DNA from: the human T2T-CHM13v2.0 reference genome, Homo sapiens
NCBI RefSeq assembly: GCF_009914755.1
Contig: NC_060939.1
Reading direction: 5' to 3' (one strand)
Length of the DNA: 64,000 bases
Shown here piece after piece: positions 1 to 12,000 of this stretch. The notes under the pieces are model-generated. The model searched no databases. It was not told the DNA's origin and saw nothing but the letters and a program-made list of their open reading frames with translations. A program made the position numbers and the translations under genes. The stretch's first letter is position 1. Each line of letters begins with the position of its first letter.

Positions 1-449
1 AGTCCATTCCATTCGATGCCATTCCATTTGATTCTATGCCATTAGTCTCCATTCAATTCCATTAATCTCCATTCCATTCCATTCTACTCCAACTGATTCC
101 ATTCCATTCTATTCCTTTCCATTCCATTTCATTCCATTCCATTCCATTTCATTCCATTCCATTCCATTCGTGTCCATTCCACTCCAGTCCATTCCATTCG
201 TGTCCATTCCATTCCAGTCCATTCCATTTGTGTCCACTGCATTCCATTCCACTCCATTCCATATTATTCCATTACACTCCATTCCATTCTATTACTTTCA
301 TTTCCATTCAATTCCATTCCATTTGATTCCATTCCACTCGGTTTCATTCCATTTGAGTCCACTCCATTCCATTCCATTCCATTCCATTCCATTCAGTTCC
401 ATTCCATTCTGTTCCATTCCATTGCGTTCCATTACATTCCATTCCATTC

Positions 450-455
450 GGTACC
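450..455. other. KpnI site (GGTACC), once-per-monomer landmark (first copy shown)
   Basis: TTCGGTACCATTCC at 450, 2259, 4033 and the equivalent position in each later monomer. Confidence 0.95.
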
Positions 456-669
456 ATTCCATATTGTTCCATTCGATTCCATTCGAATCCATTCCATTCC
501 AGTCCATTCCATTCGATTCCATTCCATTCATTTCAATTCCATTCCATTCCATTCCATTACATTCCACTTGATTCCTCTCCATTCCCTTCCACTGCATTCC
601 GTTCGATTCCATTCCATTGCATTGCATTCCATTCCATTGGATTGCATTCCATTCGATTCCATTCCATTC

Positions 670-880
670 GAATCAATTACATAGCAATCCATTACATTCG
701 AGTCTATTCTATTCCGTTCCATTCGTTTTCGTTCCAATCCATTCGATTCCATTCCATTCGATTCCATTCCATACTATTGCATTCCATTCTATTACATTAT
801 ATTCGAATAAGTTCCATTCAAGACCATTTCTTTTGAGTCCATTCTATTTGAGTCCATTCCCTTTGATTCCATAACATTTG
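670..880 (+). repeat. Internal sub-repeat of the monomer, copy 1 (homologous to ~1499-1710); present in every monomer
   Basis: Three non-pentamer landmarks sit at an identical 829-bp offset: GAATCAATTACAT (670/1499), ATAC(TA/AG)TTGCATTCC (771/1600) and AGACCATT(T/G)CTTTTGA (821/1650). Confidence 0.85.
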
Positions 881-1498
881 AGTCCATTCAATTCCATTCC
901 TTTCGTTTCCATTCCATTTGATGCCATTCCACTCAATTCTGTTCTACTCGACTCCAATACATTCAATTGCATTCCATCCGATTCCATTACATTCTTTTCA
1001 TTTCTTATCCATTTCAAGCCATTCCACTCCATTCCATTCCACTCGTTTCCTTTCCATTCGAGTCCATTCCTCTCCAGTCCATTCCGTTCAATCCATTCCA
1101 TTCCAGTTCATTCCATTCGAGTCCGTTCCATTCCAGTCCTCTCTATTCGAGTCAATTCCATCCCATTCGATGTCTTTCCATAACGATCCATTCCATTCTA
1201 TTCCTTTCGATTCCATTCCATTCTATTTCATTCAATTCGATTCCCTTCCATTGGACTCCTTTCCATTCGAGTGCATTCCATTCCGTTCCATTTCTTACCG
1301 TTCTGTACGATTCCTACCGTTCGATTTCATTTTGTTCCAGTCCATTCCTTTCGCGTCCATTCCATTCCATTTCACTCCATTCGATTCCATTCCACTCGAT
1401 TCCACTTCGTTCCATTTCATTGCATTCCATTCTATTCAACTCTATTGCCTTCCATTCCATTCCATTCGATTACATTCCATGCGATTCCGTTCGAAATC

Positions 1499-1710
1499 GA
1501 ATCAATTACATTGCAATCCATTACTATTGAGTCCATTTTATTCCAGTCCACTGCATTCTGGTCCATTCCATTTGATTCCATTCCATTCTATTCCATTCCA
1601 TACAGTTGCATTCCATTGGATTCCATTCTATATCTATAAATTCAATTCGAGACCATTGCTTTTGAATCCATTCTATATGATTCCATTCCATTCAAGTCCA
1701 TTACATTTGG
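1499..1710 (+). repeat. Internal sub-repeat of the monomer, copy 2 (homologous to ~670-880)
   Basis: GAATCAATTACATTGCAATCCATTAC...ATACAGTTGC...AGACCATTGCTTTTGAATCC...TTACATTTGG parallels copy 1. Confidence 0.85.
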
Positions 1711-1751
1711 TTCAATTCCATTCCATTCCATTCCCTTCCATTCCATTCCAG

Positions 1752-1761
1752 TTGATATCAA
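1752..1761. other. 10-bp perfect palindrome TTGATATCAA (EcoRV core), once per monomer (first copy shown)
   Basis: AGTTGATATCAATCC appears unchanged in each monomer I inspected. Confidence 0.9.
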
Positions 1762-4700
1762 TCCATTCGATTCCATTCCATTCGAGCACATTCCATTCCA
1801 GTCCATTCCATTCGATGCCATTCCATTTGATTCTATTCCATTAGTCTCCATTCAATTCCATTAATCTCCATTCCATTCCATTCTACTCCAACTGATTCCA
1901 TTCCATTCTATTCCTTTCCATTCCATTTCATTCCATTCCATTCCATTTCATTCCATTCCATTCCATTCGCTTCCATTCCATTCGTGTCCATTCCACTCCA
2001 GTCCATTCCATTCGTGTCCATTCCATTCCAGTCCATTCCATTTGTGTCCACTGCATTCCATTCCACTCCATTCCATATTATTCCATTACACTCCATTCCA
2101 TTCTATTACTTTCATTTCCATTCAATTCCATTCCATTTGATTCCATTCCACTCGGTTTCATTCCATTTGAGTCCACTCCATTGCATTCCATTCCATTCCA
2201 TTCAGTTCCATTCCATTCTGTTCCATTCCATTCCGTTCCATTGCATTCCATTCCATTCGGTACCATTCCATATTGTTCCCTTCGATTCCATTCGAATCCA
2301 TTCCATTCCAGTCCATTCCATTCGATTCCATTCCATTCCTTTCAATTCCATTCCATTCCATTCCATTCCACTTGATTCCACTCCATTCCCTTCCACTGCA
2401 TTCCATTCGATTCCATTCCATTGCATTGCATTCCATTCCATTGGACTGCATTCCATTCGATTCCATTCCATTCGAATCAATTACATAGCAATCCATTACA
2501 TTCGAGTCTATTCTATTCCGTTCCATTCGATTTCATTCCAATCCATTCGATTCCATTCCATTCGATTCCATTCCATACTATTGCATTCCATTCTATTACA
2601 TTATATTCGAATAAGTTCCATTCAAGACCATTTCTTTTGAGTCCATTCTATTTGAGTCCATTCCCTTTGATTCCATAACATTTGAGTCCATTCAATTCCA
2701 TTCCTTTCGTTTCCATTCCATTTGATGCCATTCCACTCAATTCTGTTCTACTCGACTCCAATACATTCAATTCCATTCCATCCGATTCCATTACATTCTT
2801 TTCATTTCTTATCCATTTCAAGCCATTCCACTCCATTCCATTCCACTCGTTTCCTTTCCATTCGAGTCCATTCCTCTCCAGTCCATTCCGTTCAATCCAT
2901 TCCATTCCAGTCCATTCCATTCGAGTCCGTTCCATTCCAGTCCATTCCATTCGAGTCAATTCCATTCCATTCGATGTCTTTCCATAACGATCCATTCCAT
3001 TCTATTCCTTTCGATTCCATTCCATTCTATTTCATTCCATTCGATTCCCTTCCATTGGACTCCTTTCCATTCGAGTGCATTCCATTCCGTTCCATTTCTT
3101 TCCGTTCTGTACGATTCTTACCGTTCGATTTCATTTTGTTCCAGTCCATTCCTTTCGCGTCCATTCCATTCCATTTCACTCCATTCGATTCCATTCCACT
3201 CGATTCCACTTCGTTCCATTTCATTGCATTCCATTCTATTCAACTCTATTGCCTTCCATTCCATTCCATTCGATTACATTCCATGCGATTGCATTCGAAA
3301 TAGAATCAATTACATTGCAATCCATTACTATTGAGTCCGTTTTATTCCAGTCCACTGCATTCTGGTCCATTCCATTTGATTCCATTCCATTCTATTCCAT
3401 TCCATACAGTTGCATTCCATTGGATTCCATGCTATATCTATAAATTCAATTCGAGACCATTGCTTTTGAGTCCATTCTATATGATTCCATTCCATTCAAG
3501 TCCATTACATTTGGTTCAATTCCATTCCATTTCAGTTGATATCAATCCATTCGATTCCATTCCATTCGAGCACATTCCATTCGAGTCCATTCCATTCGAT
3601 GCCATTCCATTTGATTCTATGCCATTAGTCTCCATTCAATTCCATTAATCTCCATTCCATTCCATTCTACTCCAACTGATTCCATTCCATTCTATTCCTT
3701 TCCATTCCATTTCATTCCATTCCATTCCATTTCATTCCATTCCATTCCATTCGTGTCCATTCCACTCCAGTCCATTCCATTCGTGTCCATTCCATTCCAG
3801 TCCATTCCATTTGTGTCCACTGCATTCCATTCCACTCCATTCCATATTATTCCATTACACTCCATTCCATTCTATTACTTTCATTTCCATTCAATTCCAT
3901 TCCATTTGATTCCATTCCACTCGGTTTCATTCCATTTGAGTCCACTCCATTCCATTCCATTCCATTCCATTCCATTCAGTTCCATTCCATTCTGTTCCAT
4001 TCCATTGCGTTCCATTACATTCCATTCCATTCGGTACCATTCCATATTGTTCCATTCGATTCCATTCGAATCCATTCCATTCCAGTCCATTCCATTCGAT
4101 TCCATTCCATTCATTTCAATTCCATTCCATTCCATTCCATTACATTCCACTTGATTCCTCTCCATTCCCTTCCACTGCATTCCGTTCGATTCCATTCCAT
4201 TGCATTGCATTCCATTCCATTGGATTGCATTCCATTCGATTCCATTCCATTCGAATCAATTACATAGCAATCCATTACATTCGAGTCTATTCTATTCCGT
4301 TCCATTCGATTTCGTTCCAATCCATTCGATTCCATTCCATTCGATTCCATTCCATACTATTGCATTCCATTCTATTACATTATATTCGAATAAGTTCCAT
4401 TCAAGACCATTTCTTTTGAGTCCATTCTATTTGAGTCCATTCCCTTTGATTCCATAACATTTGAGTCCATTCAATTCCATTCCTTTCGTTTCCATTCCAT
4501 TTGATGCCATTCCACTCAATTCTGTTCTACTCGACTCCAATACATTCAATTGCATTCCATCCGATTCCATTACATTCTTTTCATTTCTTATCCATTTCAA
4601 GCCATTCCACTCCATTCCATTCCACTCGTTTCCTTTCCATTCGAGTCCATTCCTCTCCAGTCCATTCCGTTCAATCCATTCCATTCCAGTTCATTCCATT

Positions 4701-7700
4701 CGAGTCCGTTCCATTCCAGTCCTCTCTATTCGAGTCAATTCCATCCCATTCGATGTCTTTCCATAACGATCCATTCCATTCTATTCCTTTCGATTCCATT
4801 CCATTCTATTTCATTCAATTCGATTCCCTTCCATTGGACTCCTTTCCATTCGAGTGCATTCCATTCCGTTCCATTTCTTACCGTTCTGTACGATTCCTAC
4901 CGTTCGATTTCATTTTGTTCCAGTCCATTCCTTTCGCGTCCATTCCATTCCATTTCACTCCATTCGATTCCATTCCACTCGATTCCACTTCGTTCCATTT
5001 CATTGCATTCCATTCTATTCAACTCTATTGCCTTCCATTCCATTCCATTCGATTACATTCCATGCGATTCCGTTCGAAATCGAATCAATTACATTGCAAT
5101 CCATTACTATTGAGTCCATTTTATTCCAGTCCACTGCATTCTGGTCCATTCCATTTGATTCCATTCCATTCTATTCCATTCCATACAGTTGCATTCCATT
5201 GGATTCCATTCTATATCTATAAATTCAATTCGAGACCATTGCTTTTGAATCCATTCTATATGATTCCATTCCATTCAAGTCCATTACATTTGGTTCAATT
5301 CCATTCCATTCCATTCCCTTCCATTCCATTCCAGTTGATATCAATCCATTCGATTCCATTCCATTCGAGCACATTCCATTCGAGTCCATTCCATTCGATG
5401 CCATTCCATTTGATTCTATTCCATTAGTCTCCATTCAATTCCATTAATCTCCATTCCATTCCATTCTACTCCAACTGATTCGATTCCATTCTATTCCTTT
5501 CCATTCCATTTCATTCCATTCCATTCCATTTCATTCCATTCCATTCCATTCGCTTCCATTCCATTCGTGTCCATTCCACTCCAGTCCATTCCATTCGTGT
5601 CCATTCCATTCCAGTCCATTCCATTTGTGTCCACTGCATTCCATTCCACTCCATTCCATATTATTCCATTACACTCCATTCCATTCTATTACTTTCATTT
5701 CCATTCAATTCCATTCCATTTGATTCCATTCCACTCGGTTTCATTCCATTTGAGTCCACTCCATTCCATTCCATTCCATTCCATGCAGTTCCATTCCATT
5801 CTGTTCCATTCCATTCCGTTCCATTGCATTCCATTCCATTCGGTACCATTCCATATTGTTCCATTCGATTCCATTCGAATCCATTCCATTCCAGTCCATT
5901 CCATTCGATTCCATTCCATTCCATTCAATTCCATTCCATTCCATTCCATTCCACTTGATTCCACTCCATTCCCTTCCACTGCATTCCATTCGATTCCATT
6001 CCATTGCATTGCATTCCATTCCATTGGACTGCATTCCATTCGATTCCATTCCATTCGAATCAATTACATAGCAATCCATTACATTCGAATCTATTCTATT
6101 CCGTTCCATTCGATTTCATTCCAATCCATTCGATTCCATTCCATTCGATTCCATTCCATACTATTGCATTCCATTCTATTACATTATATTCGAATAAGTT
6201 CCATTCAAGACCATTTCTTTTGAGTCCATTCTATTTGAGTCCATTCCCTTTGATTCCATAACATTTGAGTCCATTCAATTCCATTCCTTTCGTTTCCATT
6301 CCATTTGATGCCATTCCACTCAATTATGTTCTACTCGACTCCAATACATTCAATTCCATTCCATCCGATTCCATTACATTCTTTTCATTTCTTATCCATT
6401 TCAAGCCATTCCACTCCATTCCATTCCACTCGTTTCCTTTCCATTCGAGTCCATTCCTCTCCAGTCCATTCCGTTCAATCCATTCCATTCCAGTCCATTC
6501 CATTCGAGTCCGTTCCATTCCAGTCCATTCCATTCGAGTCAATTCCATTCCATTCGATGTCTTTCCATAACGATCCATTCCATTCTATTCCTTTCGATTC
6601 CATACCATTCTATTTCATTCCATTCGATTCCCTTCCATTGGACTCCTTTCCATTCGAGTGCATTCCATTCCGTTCCATTTCTTTCCGTTCTGTACGATTC
6701 TTACCGTTCGATTTCATTTTGTTCCAGTCCATTCCTTTCGCGTCCATTCCATTCCATTTCACTCCATTCGATTCCATTCCACTCGATTCCACTTCGTTCC
6801 ATTTCATTGCATTCCATTCTATTCAACTCTATTGCCTTCCATTCCATTCCATTCGATTACATTCCATGCGATTGCATTCGAAATAGAATCAATTACATTG
6901 CAATCCATTACTATTGAGTCCGTTTTATTCCAGTCCACTGCATTCTGGTCCATTCCATTTGATTCCATTCCATTCTATTCCATTCCATACAGTTGCATTC
7001 CATTGGATTCCATGCTATATCTATAAATTCAATTCGAGACCATTGCTTTTGAGTCCATTCTATATGATTCCATTCCATTCAAGTCCATTACATTTGGTTC
7101 AATTCCATTCCATTTCAGTTGATATCAATCCATTCGATTCCATTCCATTCGAGCACATTCCATTCGAGTCCATTCCATTCGATGCCATTCCATTTGATTC
7201 TATGCCATTAGTCTCCATTCAATTCCATTAATCTCCATTCCATTCCATTCTACTCCAACTGATTCCATTCCATTCTATTCCTTTCCATTCCATTTCATTC
7301 CATTCCATTCCATTTCATTCCATTCCATTCCATTCGTGTCCATTCCACTCCAGTCCATTCCATTCGTGTCCATTCCATTCCAGTCCATTCCATTTGTGTC
7401 CACTGCATTCCATTCCACTCCATTCCATATTATTCCATTACACTCCATTCCATTCTTTTACTTTCATTTCCATTCAATTCCATTCCATTTGATTCCATTC
7501 CACTCGGTTTCATTCCATTTGAGTCCACTCCATTCCATTCCATTCCATTCCATTCCATTCAGTTCCATTCCATTCTGTTCCATTCCATTGCGTTCCATTA
7601 CATTCCATTCCATTCGGTACCATTCCATATTGTTCCATTCGATTCCATTCGAATCCATTCCATTCCAGTCCATTCCATTCGATTCCATTCCATTCATTTC

Positions 7701-9099
7701 AATTCCATTCCATTCCATTCCATTACATTCCACTTGATTCCTCTCCATTCCCTTCCACTGCATTCCGTTCGATTCCATTCCATTGCATTGCATTCCATTC
7801 CATTGGATTGCATTCCATTCGATTCCATTCCATTCGAATCAATTACATAGCAATCCATTACATTCGAGTCTATTCTATTCCGTTCCATTCGATTTCGTTC
7901 CAATCCATTCGATTCCATTCCATTCGATTCCATTCCATACTATTGCATTCCATTCTATTACATTATATTCGAATAAGTTCCATTCAAGACCATTTCTTTT
8001 GAGTCCATTCTATTTGAGTCCATTCCCTTTGATTCCATAACATTTGAGTCCATTCAATTCCATTCCTTTCGTTTCCATTCCATTTGATGCCATTCCACTC
8101 AATTCTGTTCTACTCGACTCCAATACATTCAATTGCATTCCATCCGATTCCATTACATTCTTTTCATTTCTTATCCATTTCAAGCCATTCCACTCCATTC
8201 CATTCCACTCGTTTCCTTTCCATTCGAGTCCATTCCTCTCCAGTCCATTCCGTTCAATCCATTCCATTCCAGTTCATTCCATTCGAGTCCGTTCCATTCC
8301 AGTCCTCTCTATTCGAGTCAATTCCATCCCATTCGATGTCTTTCCATAACGATCCATTCCATTCTATTCCTTTCGATTCCATTCCATTCTATTTCATTCA
8401 ATTCGATTCCCTTCCATTGGACTCCTTTCCATTCGAGTGCATTCCATTCCGTTCCATTTCTTACCGTTCTGTACGATTCCTACCGTTCGATTTCATTTTG
8501 TTCCAGTCCATTCCTTTCGCGTCCATTCCATTCCATTTCACTCCATTCGATTCCATTCCACTCGATTCCACTTCGTTCCATTTCATTGCATTCCATTCTA
8601 TTCAACTCTATTGCCTTCCATTCCATTCCATTCGATTACATTCCATGCGATTCCGTTCGAAATCGAATCAATTACATTGCAATCCATTACTATTGAGTCC
8701 ATTTTATTCCAGTCCACTGCATTCTGGTCCATTCCATTTGATTCCATTCCATTCTATTCCATTCCATACAGTTGCATTCCATTGGATTCCATTCTATATC
8801 TATAAATTCAATTCGAGACCATTGCTTTTGAATCCATTCTATATGATTCCATTCCATTCAAGTCCATTACATTTGGTTCAATTCCATTCCATTCCATTCC
8901 CTTCCATTCCATTCCAGTTGATATCAATCCATTCGATTCCATTCCATTCGAGCACATTCCATTCGAGTCCATTCCATTCGATGCCATTCCATTTGATTCT
9001 ATTCCATTAGTCTCCATTCAATTCCATTAATCTCCATTCCATTCCATTCTACTCCAACTGATTCGATTCCATTCTATTCCTTTCCATTCCGTTTCATTC

Positions 9100-12000
9100 C
9101 ATTCCATTCCATTTCATTCCATTCCATTCCATTCGCTTCCATTCCATTCGTGTCCATTCCACTCCAGTCCATTCCATTCGTGTCCATTCCATTCCAGTCC
9201 ATTCCATTTGTGTCCACTGCATTCCATTCCACTCCATTCCATATTATTCCATTACACTCCATTCCATTCTATTACTTTCATTTCCATTCAATTCCATTCC
9301 ATTTGATTCCATTCCACTCGGTTTCATTCCATTTGAGTCCACTCCATTCCATTCCATTCCATTCCATGCAGTTCCATTCCATTCTGTTCCATTCCATTCC
9401 GTTCCATTGCATTCCATTCCATTCGGTACCATTCCATATTGTTCCATTCGATTCCATTCGAATCCATTCCATTCCAGTCCATTCCATTCGATTCCATTCC
9501 ATTCCATTCAATTCCATTCCATTCCATTCCATTCCACTTGATTCCACTCCATTCCCTTCCACTGCATTCCATTCGATTCCATTCCATTGCATTGCATTCC
9601 ATTCCATTGGACTGCATTCCATTCGATTCCATTCCATTCGAATCAATTACATAGCAATCCATTACATTCGAATCTATTCTATTCCGTTCCATTCGATTTC
9701 ATTCCAATCCATTCGATTCCATTCCATTCGATTCCATTCCATACTATTGCATTCCATTCTATTACATTATATTCGAATAAGTTCCATTCAAGACCATTTC
9801 TTTTGAGTCCATTCTATTTGAGTCCATTCCCTTTGATTCCATAACATTTGAGTCCATTCAATTCCATTCCTTTCGTTTCCATTCCATTTGATGCCATTCC
9901 ACTCAATTATGTTCTACTCGACTCCAATACATTCAATTCCATTCCATCCGATTCCATTACATTCTTTTCATTTCTTATCCATTTCAAGCCATTCCACTCC
10001 ATTCCATTCCACTCGTTTCCTTTCCATTCGAGTCCATTCCTCTCCAGTCCATTCCGTTCAATCCATTCCATTCCAGTCCATTCCATTCGAGTCCGTTCCA
10101 TTCCAGTCCATTCCATTCGAGTCAATTCCATTCCATTCGATGTCTTTCCATAACGATCCATTCCATTCTATTCCTTTCGATTCCATACCATTCTATTTCA
10201 TTCCATTCGATTCCCTTCCATTGGACTCCTTTCCATTCGAGTGCATTCCATTCCGTTCCATTTCTTTCCGTTCTGTACGATTCTTACCGTTCGATTTCAT
10301 TTTGTTCCAGTCCATTCCTTTCGCGTCCATTCCATTCCATTTCACTCCATTCGATTCCATTCCACTCGATTCCACTTCGTTCCATTTCATTGCATTCCAT
10401 TCTATTCAACTCTATTGCCTTCCATTCCATTCCATTCGATTACATTCCATGCGATTGCATTCGAAATCGAATCAATTACATTGCAATCCATTACTATTGA
10501 GTCCGTTTTATTCCAGTCCACTGCATTCTGGTCCATTCCATTTGATTCCATTCCATTCTATTCCATTCCATACAGTTGCATTCCTTTGGATTCCATGCTA
10601 TATCTATAAATTCAATTCGAGACCATTGCTTTTGAGTCCATTCTATGTGATTCCATTCCATTCAAGTCCATTACATTTGGTTCAATTCCATTCCATTCCA
10701 GTTGATATCAATCCATTCGATTCCATTCCATTCGAGCACATTCCATTCGAGTCCATTCCATTCGATGCCATTCCATTTGATTCTATGCCATTAGTCTCCA
10801 TTCAATTCCATTAATCTCCATTCCATTCCATTCTACTCCAACTGATTCCATTCCATTATATTCCTTTCCATTCCATTTCATTCCATTCCATTCCATTTCA
10901 TTCAATTCCATTCCATTCGTGTCCATTCCACTCCAGTCCATTCCATTCGTGTCCATTCCATTCCAGTCCATTCCATTTGTGTCCACTGCATTCCATTCCA
11001 CTCCATTCCATATTATTCCATTACACTCCATTCCATTCTATTACTTTCATTTCCATTCAATTCCATTCCATTTGATTCCATTCCACTCGGTTTCATTCCA
11101 TTTGAGTCCACTCCATTCCATTCCATTCCATTCCATTCAGTTCCATTCCATTCTGTTCCATTCCATTCCGTTCCATTACATTCCATTCCATTCGGTACCA
11201 TTCCATATTGTTCCATTCGATTGCATTCGAATCCATTCCATTCCAGTCCATTCCATTCGATTCCATTCCATTCATTTCAATTCCATTCCATTCCATTCCA
11301 TTACATTCCACTTGATTCCTCTCCATTCCCTTCCACTGCATTCCGTTCGATTCCATTCCATTGCATTGCATTCCATTCCATTGGATTGCATTCCATTCGA
11401 TTCCATTCCATTCGAATCAATTACATAGCAATCCATTACATTCGAGTCTATTCTATTCCGTTCCATTCGATTTCGTTCCAATCCATTCGATTCCATTCCA
11501 TTCGATTCCATTCCATACTATTGCATTCCATTCTATTACATTATATTCGAATAAGTTCCATTCAAGACCATTTCTTTTGAGTCCATTCTATTTGAGTCCA
11601 TTCCCTTTGATTCCATAACATTTGAGTCCATTCCATTCCATTCCTTTCGTTTGCATTCCATTTGATGCCATTCCATTCAATTCTGTTCTACTCGACTCCA
11701 ATACATTCAATTCCATTCCATCCGATTCCATTACATTCTTTTCATTTCTTATCCATTTCAAGCCATTCCACTCCATTCCATTCCACTCGTTTCCTTTCCA
11801 TTCGAGTCCATTCCTCTCCAGTCCATTCCGTTCAATCCATTCCATTCCAGTCCATTCCATTCGAGTCCGTTCCATTCCAGTCCTCTCTATTCGAGTCAAT
11901 TCCATCCCATTCGATGTCTTTCCATAACGATCCATTCCATTCTATTCCTTTCGATTCCATTCCATTCTACTTCATTCAATTCGATTCCCTTCCATTGGAC

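Larger units (their letters stand above)
1..10460 (+). repeat. Dimeric higher-order repeat domain, period 3583 bp (1804+1779)
   Basis: ORF starts 170/3753/7336, 918/4501/8084 and 1984/5567/9150 are each 3583 apart. Diagnostic variants recur: ATTGCGTTCC (421, ~4004, ~7587), GAAATAGAATC (~3300, ~6883) and ATTTCAGTTGAT (~3530, ~7113). Confidence 0.9.

Noticed and set aside
800-815. GAATAAGTTC and TTCGAA as heat-shock elements (HSF1 binds some HSat3 arrays)
   Set aside because: A canonical HSE needs alternating nGAAn units with 2-bp spacing (GAAnnTTC or TTCnnGAA). Here the spacing is 4 or 0. Only direct nGAAn repeats are present, which is generic to the pentamer.
1494-1517. AAATCGAATCA as a DUX4 site and ATTGCAAT as a C/EBP site
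   Set aside because: The first has two mismatches to TAAYYYAATCA and the second is not the full TTGCNNAA-type C/EBP consensus. Neither is supportable without binding data.
1628-1642. TATAAA (CTATATCTATAAATT) once per monomer as a TATA-box promoter
   Set aside because: It is a short motif aligning to the CGAATAAG position of the other sub-repeat, so it is explained by drift. No other promoter evidence is visible; CAGE or PRO-cap data would be needed.
1752-1761. Palindromes TTGATATCAA and TATTCGAATA as functional hairpins or terminators
   Set aside because: They are only 10 bp, and their conservation is expected from the high overall identity between monomers.
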